Below the pieces are notes generated by a model. The model ran no database searches. It was given only the letters and a program-made list of their open reading frames with translations, and was not told the origin of the DNA. A DNA stretch of 64,000 bases, taken from assembly GCA_963819285.1 (NCBI GenBank), contig CAWFVM010000001.1, positions 439,182 to 503,181 on the forward strand. Direction: 5' to 3'. This document shows positions 62,633 through 64,000 of the stretch, one piece after another (positions within the stretch are counted from its first letter, which is position 1; each line of letters opens with the position of its first letter). The position numbers and the translations under genes are program-made. This stretch comes from an uncultured Actinomycetota bacterium. Lineage in GTDB: Bacteria > Actinomycetota > Actinomycetes > Streptosporangiales > Streptosporangiaceae.

Positions 62633-62728
62633 TTCCGTGATCATGCCTGGGACGGTGATCACGGAGTTCTGGTGGGGTGATCACGCTGCCGATGTTCCGT
62701 GATCATGCAGTGCTGCATGATCACGGAA
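62633..62728. repeat. repeat locus G: H1 hairpin pair
   Basis: H1 at 62633-62666 (loop TGCCTGGGACGG), then the linker GGTGATCACGC. H1 at 62695-62728 has a palindromic loop TGCAGTGCTGCA, which gives a perfect 16-bp stem. Confidence 0.85.
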
Positions 62729-62747
62729 ACATGCGGGGTCAGACGGG

Positions 62748-64000
62748 TTAGACGGGTGCCGCTGGCGGCTGCGGCGGGTCTGGCGGCTGCGCCGGGCCCT
62801 GCGGGTCTGGCGGGTCCGGATCTCTGGGCAGGCCGAGTATTCGCTCGGCGATGATGTTGAGCTGGATGTCGGTCGTACCGCCGCCGATCGTGACCGCCCT
62901 GGTCTGGAGCGTCTGCCTGGCCCACTTAGCCCCATCGGGTTCGCCATTCGCGCCCGCGGTCCTGGCGAGCCTAGTCTCGCCAGTCCGTCGGCCCGAGCCG
63001 GGGCCGGAGCCGCCGCCCGACCCGAGCGCGCCGCTCTCGCCTGACATCGCCAGGCACAGCTCGGCGATCTGCTGTGCGTTGCGCATGCCGAGCAGTTTGC
63101 GGACGCTGCCAGTCGCGCCAGGCTCGGTTCCTGACAGCTGCTTGAGCGTCACCCGCAGGCCGAGCAGTTCGATCGCCCTAGCGTCGCACACCAGCCTGCC
63201 CACGTCACCGAGCGGCGGGTCGCCAGCCGCGCCGGCGACCCGAGGAGCTCGGCCACCCCCGATCCGAACGTCCAGGACGCCGAGAGCGACACTCGCTCAT
63301 TGGCCAGGGTGGTTCTCGCGATCCGCCATCCGCCGTTGACCTCGCCGACCAGGCAGTCATCAGGCACGAACACATCGTCAAGGAACACCTGGTTGAAAGA
63401 AGCGTCCCCGGTGATCTCGCGCAGCGGCCGCACCTCGATGCCCGCAGAGCTCATATCCACCAGGAAGTAGCTGATTCCGGCGTGCCGGGGAGCGGCCGGG
63501 TCAGTTCTGGCGATGCAGATCGCCCACGCGGCCTGCCTGGCCAGCGAGGTCCAGATCTTCTGGCCGGTGATACGCCATCCGCCGTCTGCTCGCCGCGCCC
63601 GAGTCGTCAGCCCGGCGAGATCGGACCCAGCGCCGGGCTCGCTGAATAGCTGGCACCAGAGGTAGTCCAGCCGCAGGGTCGGCGGCAGGAAGCGTTCTTG
63701 CTGAGCGGGCGTGCCGTACTGAATCAGGGCGGGGACCACCCAGGCCCCGATCGCCAGGTTGTGCGGCCTGATCCCGGCCGCACGCGACTCGGCGTCGATG
63801 ACGAGCTGCTCAAGTGGCCTGGCGCCCCGTCCCCACGGCCTCGGCAGATGCGGCAGTACCCAGCCGCCGGCCGCGAGGCGGTGCGTGCGCTCCTGGCCGG
63901 TCACCTTGCCGATCTCGGCCAGCTCGGCTCGGACCTCGGCCCGGAACTCGGCGTCCCCCTCAGGCAGCTCGACGGTGGCTGGCCTGATCCCCGAAGTCAG
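62748..64000 (-). pseudogene. acyl-CoA dehydrogenase, partial (5' end beyond the window), one frame shift
   Basis: ...WCQLFSEPGAGSDLAGL.T.A...GGWRITGQKIWTS.A..A....ARTD (ORF 63149..63904) continues as ..GSVRKLLGMRNAQQIAELC...TIGGGTTDIQLNIIAERILGLPR (ORF 62748..63203). The join is near 63220. An open frame continues to 64000. Confidence 0.8.

Overview
High-GC (about 70%) actinobacterial chromosomal segment; I cannot name the species from sequence alone. The left 26 kb is a conserved core block: a SAM-I riboswitch with a ThrC-family gene, cspA, CIRCE-groEL2, a second csp gene, an MFS/DUF3027/DUF2530/MarR/MFS block, thpR, citA, pdxH, a DtxR-family regulator, a PAS-GAF-PP2C-HATPase protein, MerR/thiolase, hsp20-MerR, an ArsB-like permease, dcd and tRNA-Gly(CCC). 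From the tRNA rightwards, about 38 kb looks accessory. It holds 6 GNATs, 5 SAM-methyltransferases, 4 VOC proteins, 2 APH-type kinases, toxin-antitoxin remnants, an ABC-2/histidine-kinase/LuxR module, a lipase and a GT-C-like membrane protein. Three things stand out. (1) A mosaic family of hairpin/palindrome repeats occupies at least seven intergenic loci. It includes 11 copies of TTCCGTGATCA-N12-TGATCACGGAA and an AT-rich 85-bp iteron-like palindrome present in two inverted copies 48 kb apart. (2) About 16 of about 62 genes have broken reading frames. There are at least 25 single-base shifts, roughly two thirds net +1, with no in-frame stops, which points to consensus error. A perfect 22-bp tandem duplication and an in-frame deletion look like real lesions. 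(3) There are several local oddities. A 33-nt poly-G sits where part of a DinB-family gene is missing. A 45-nt tRNA-Gly 3' fragment repeat bounds a 2.3-kb islet. A small ORF ends in a Cys/Asp-rich tail. A kinase and its regulator are fused in frame. A perfect 19-bp hairpin lies inside a long ORF. I saw no rRNA, CRISPR array, transposase, integrase or recognisable defence system. Family assignments come from motif recognition by eye, not from searches.
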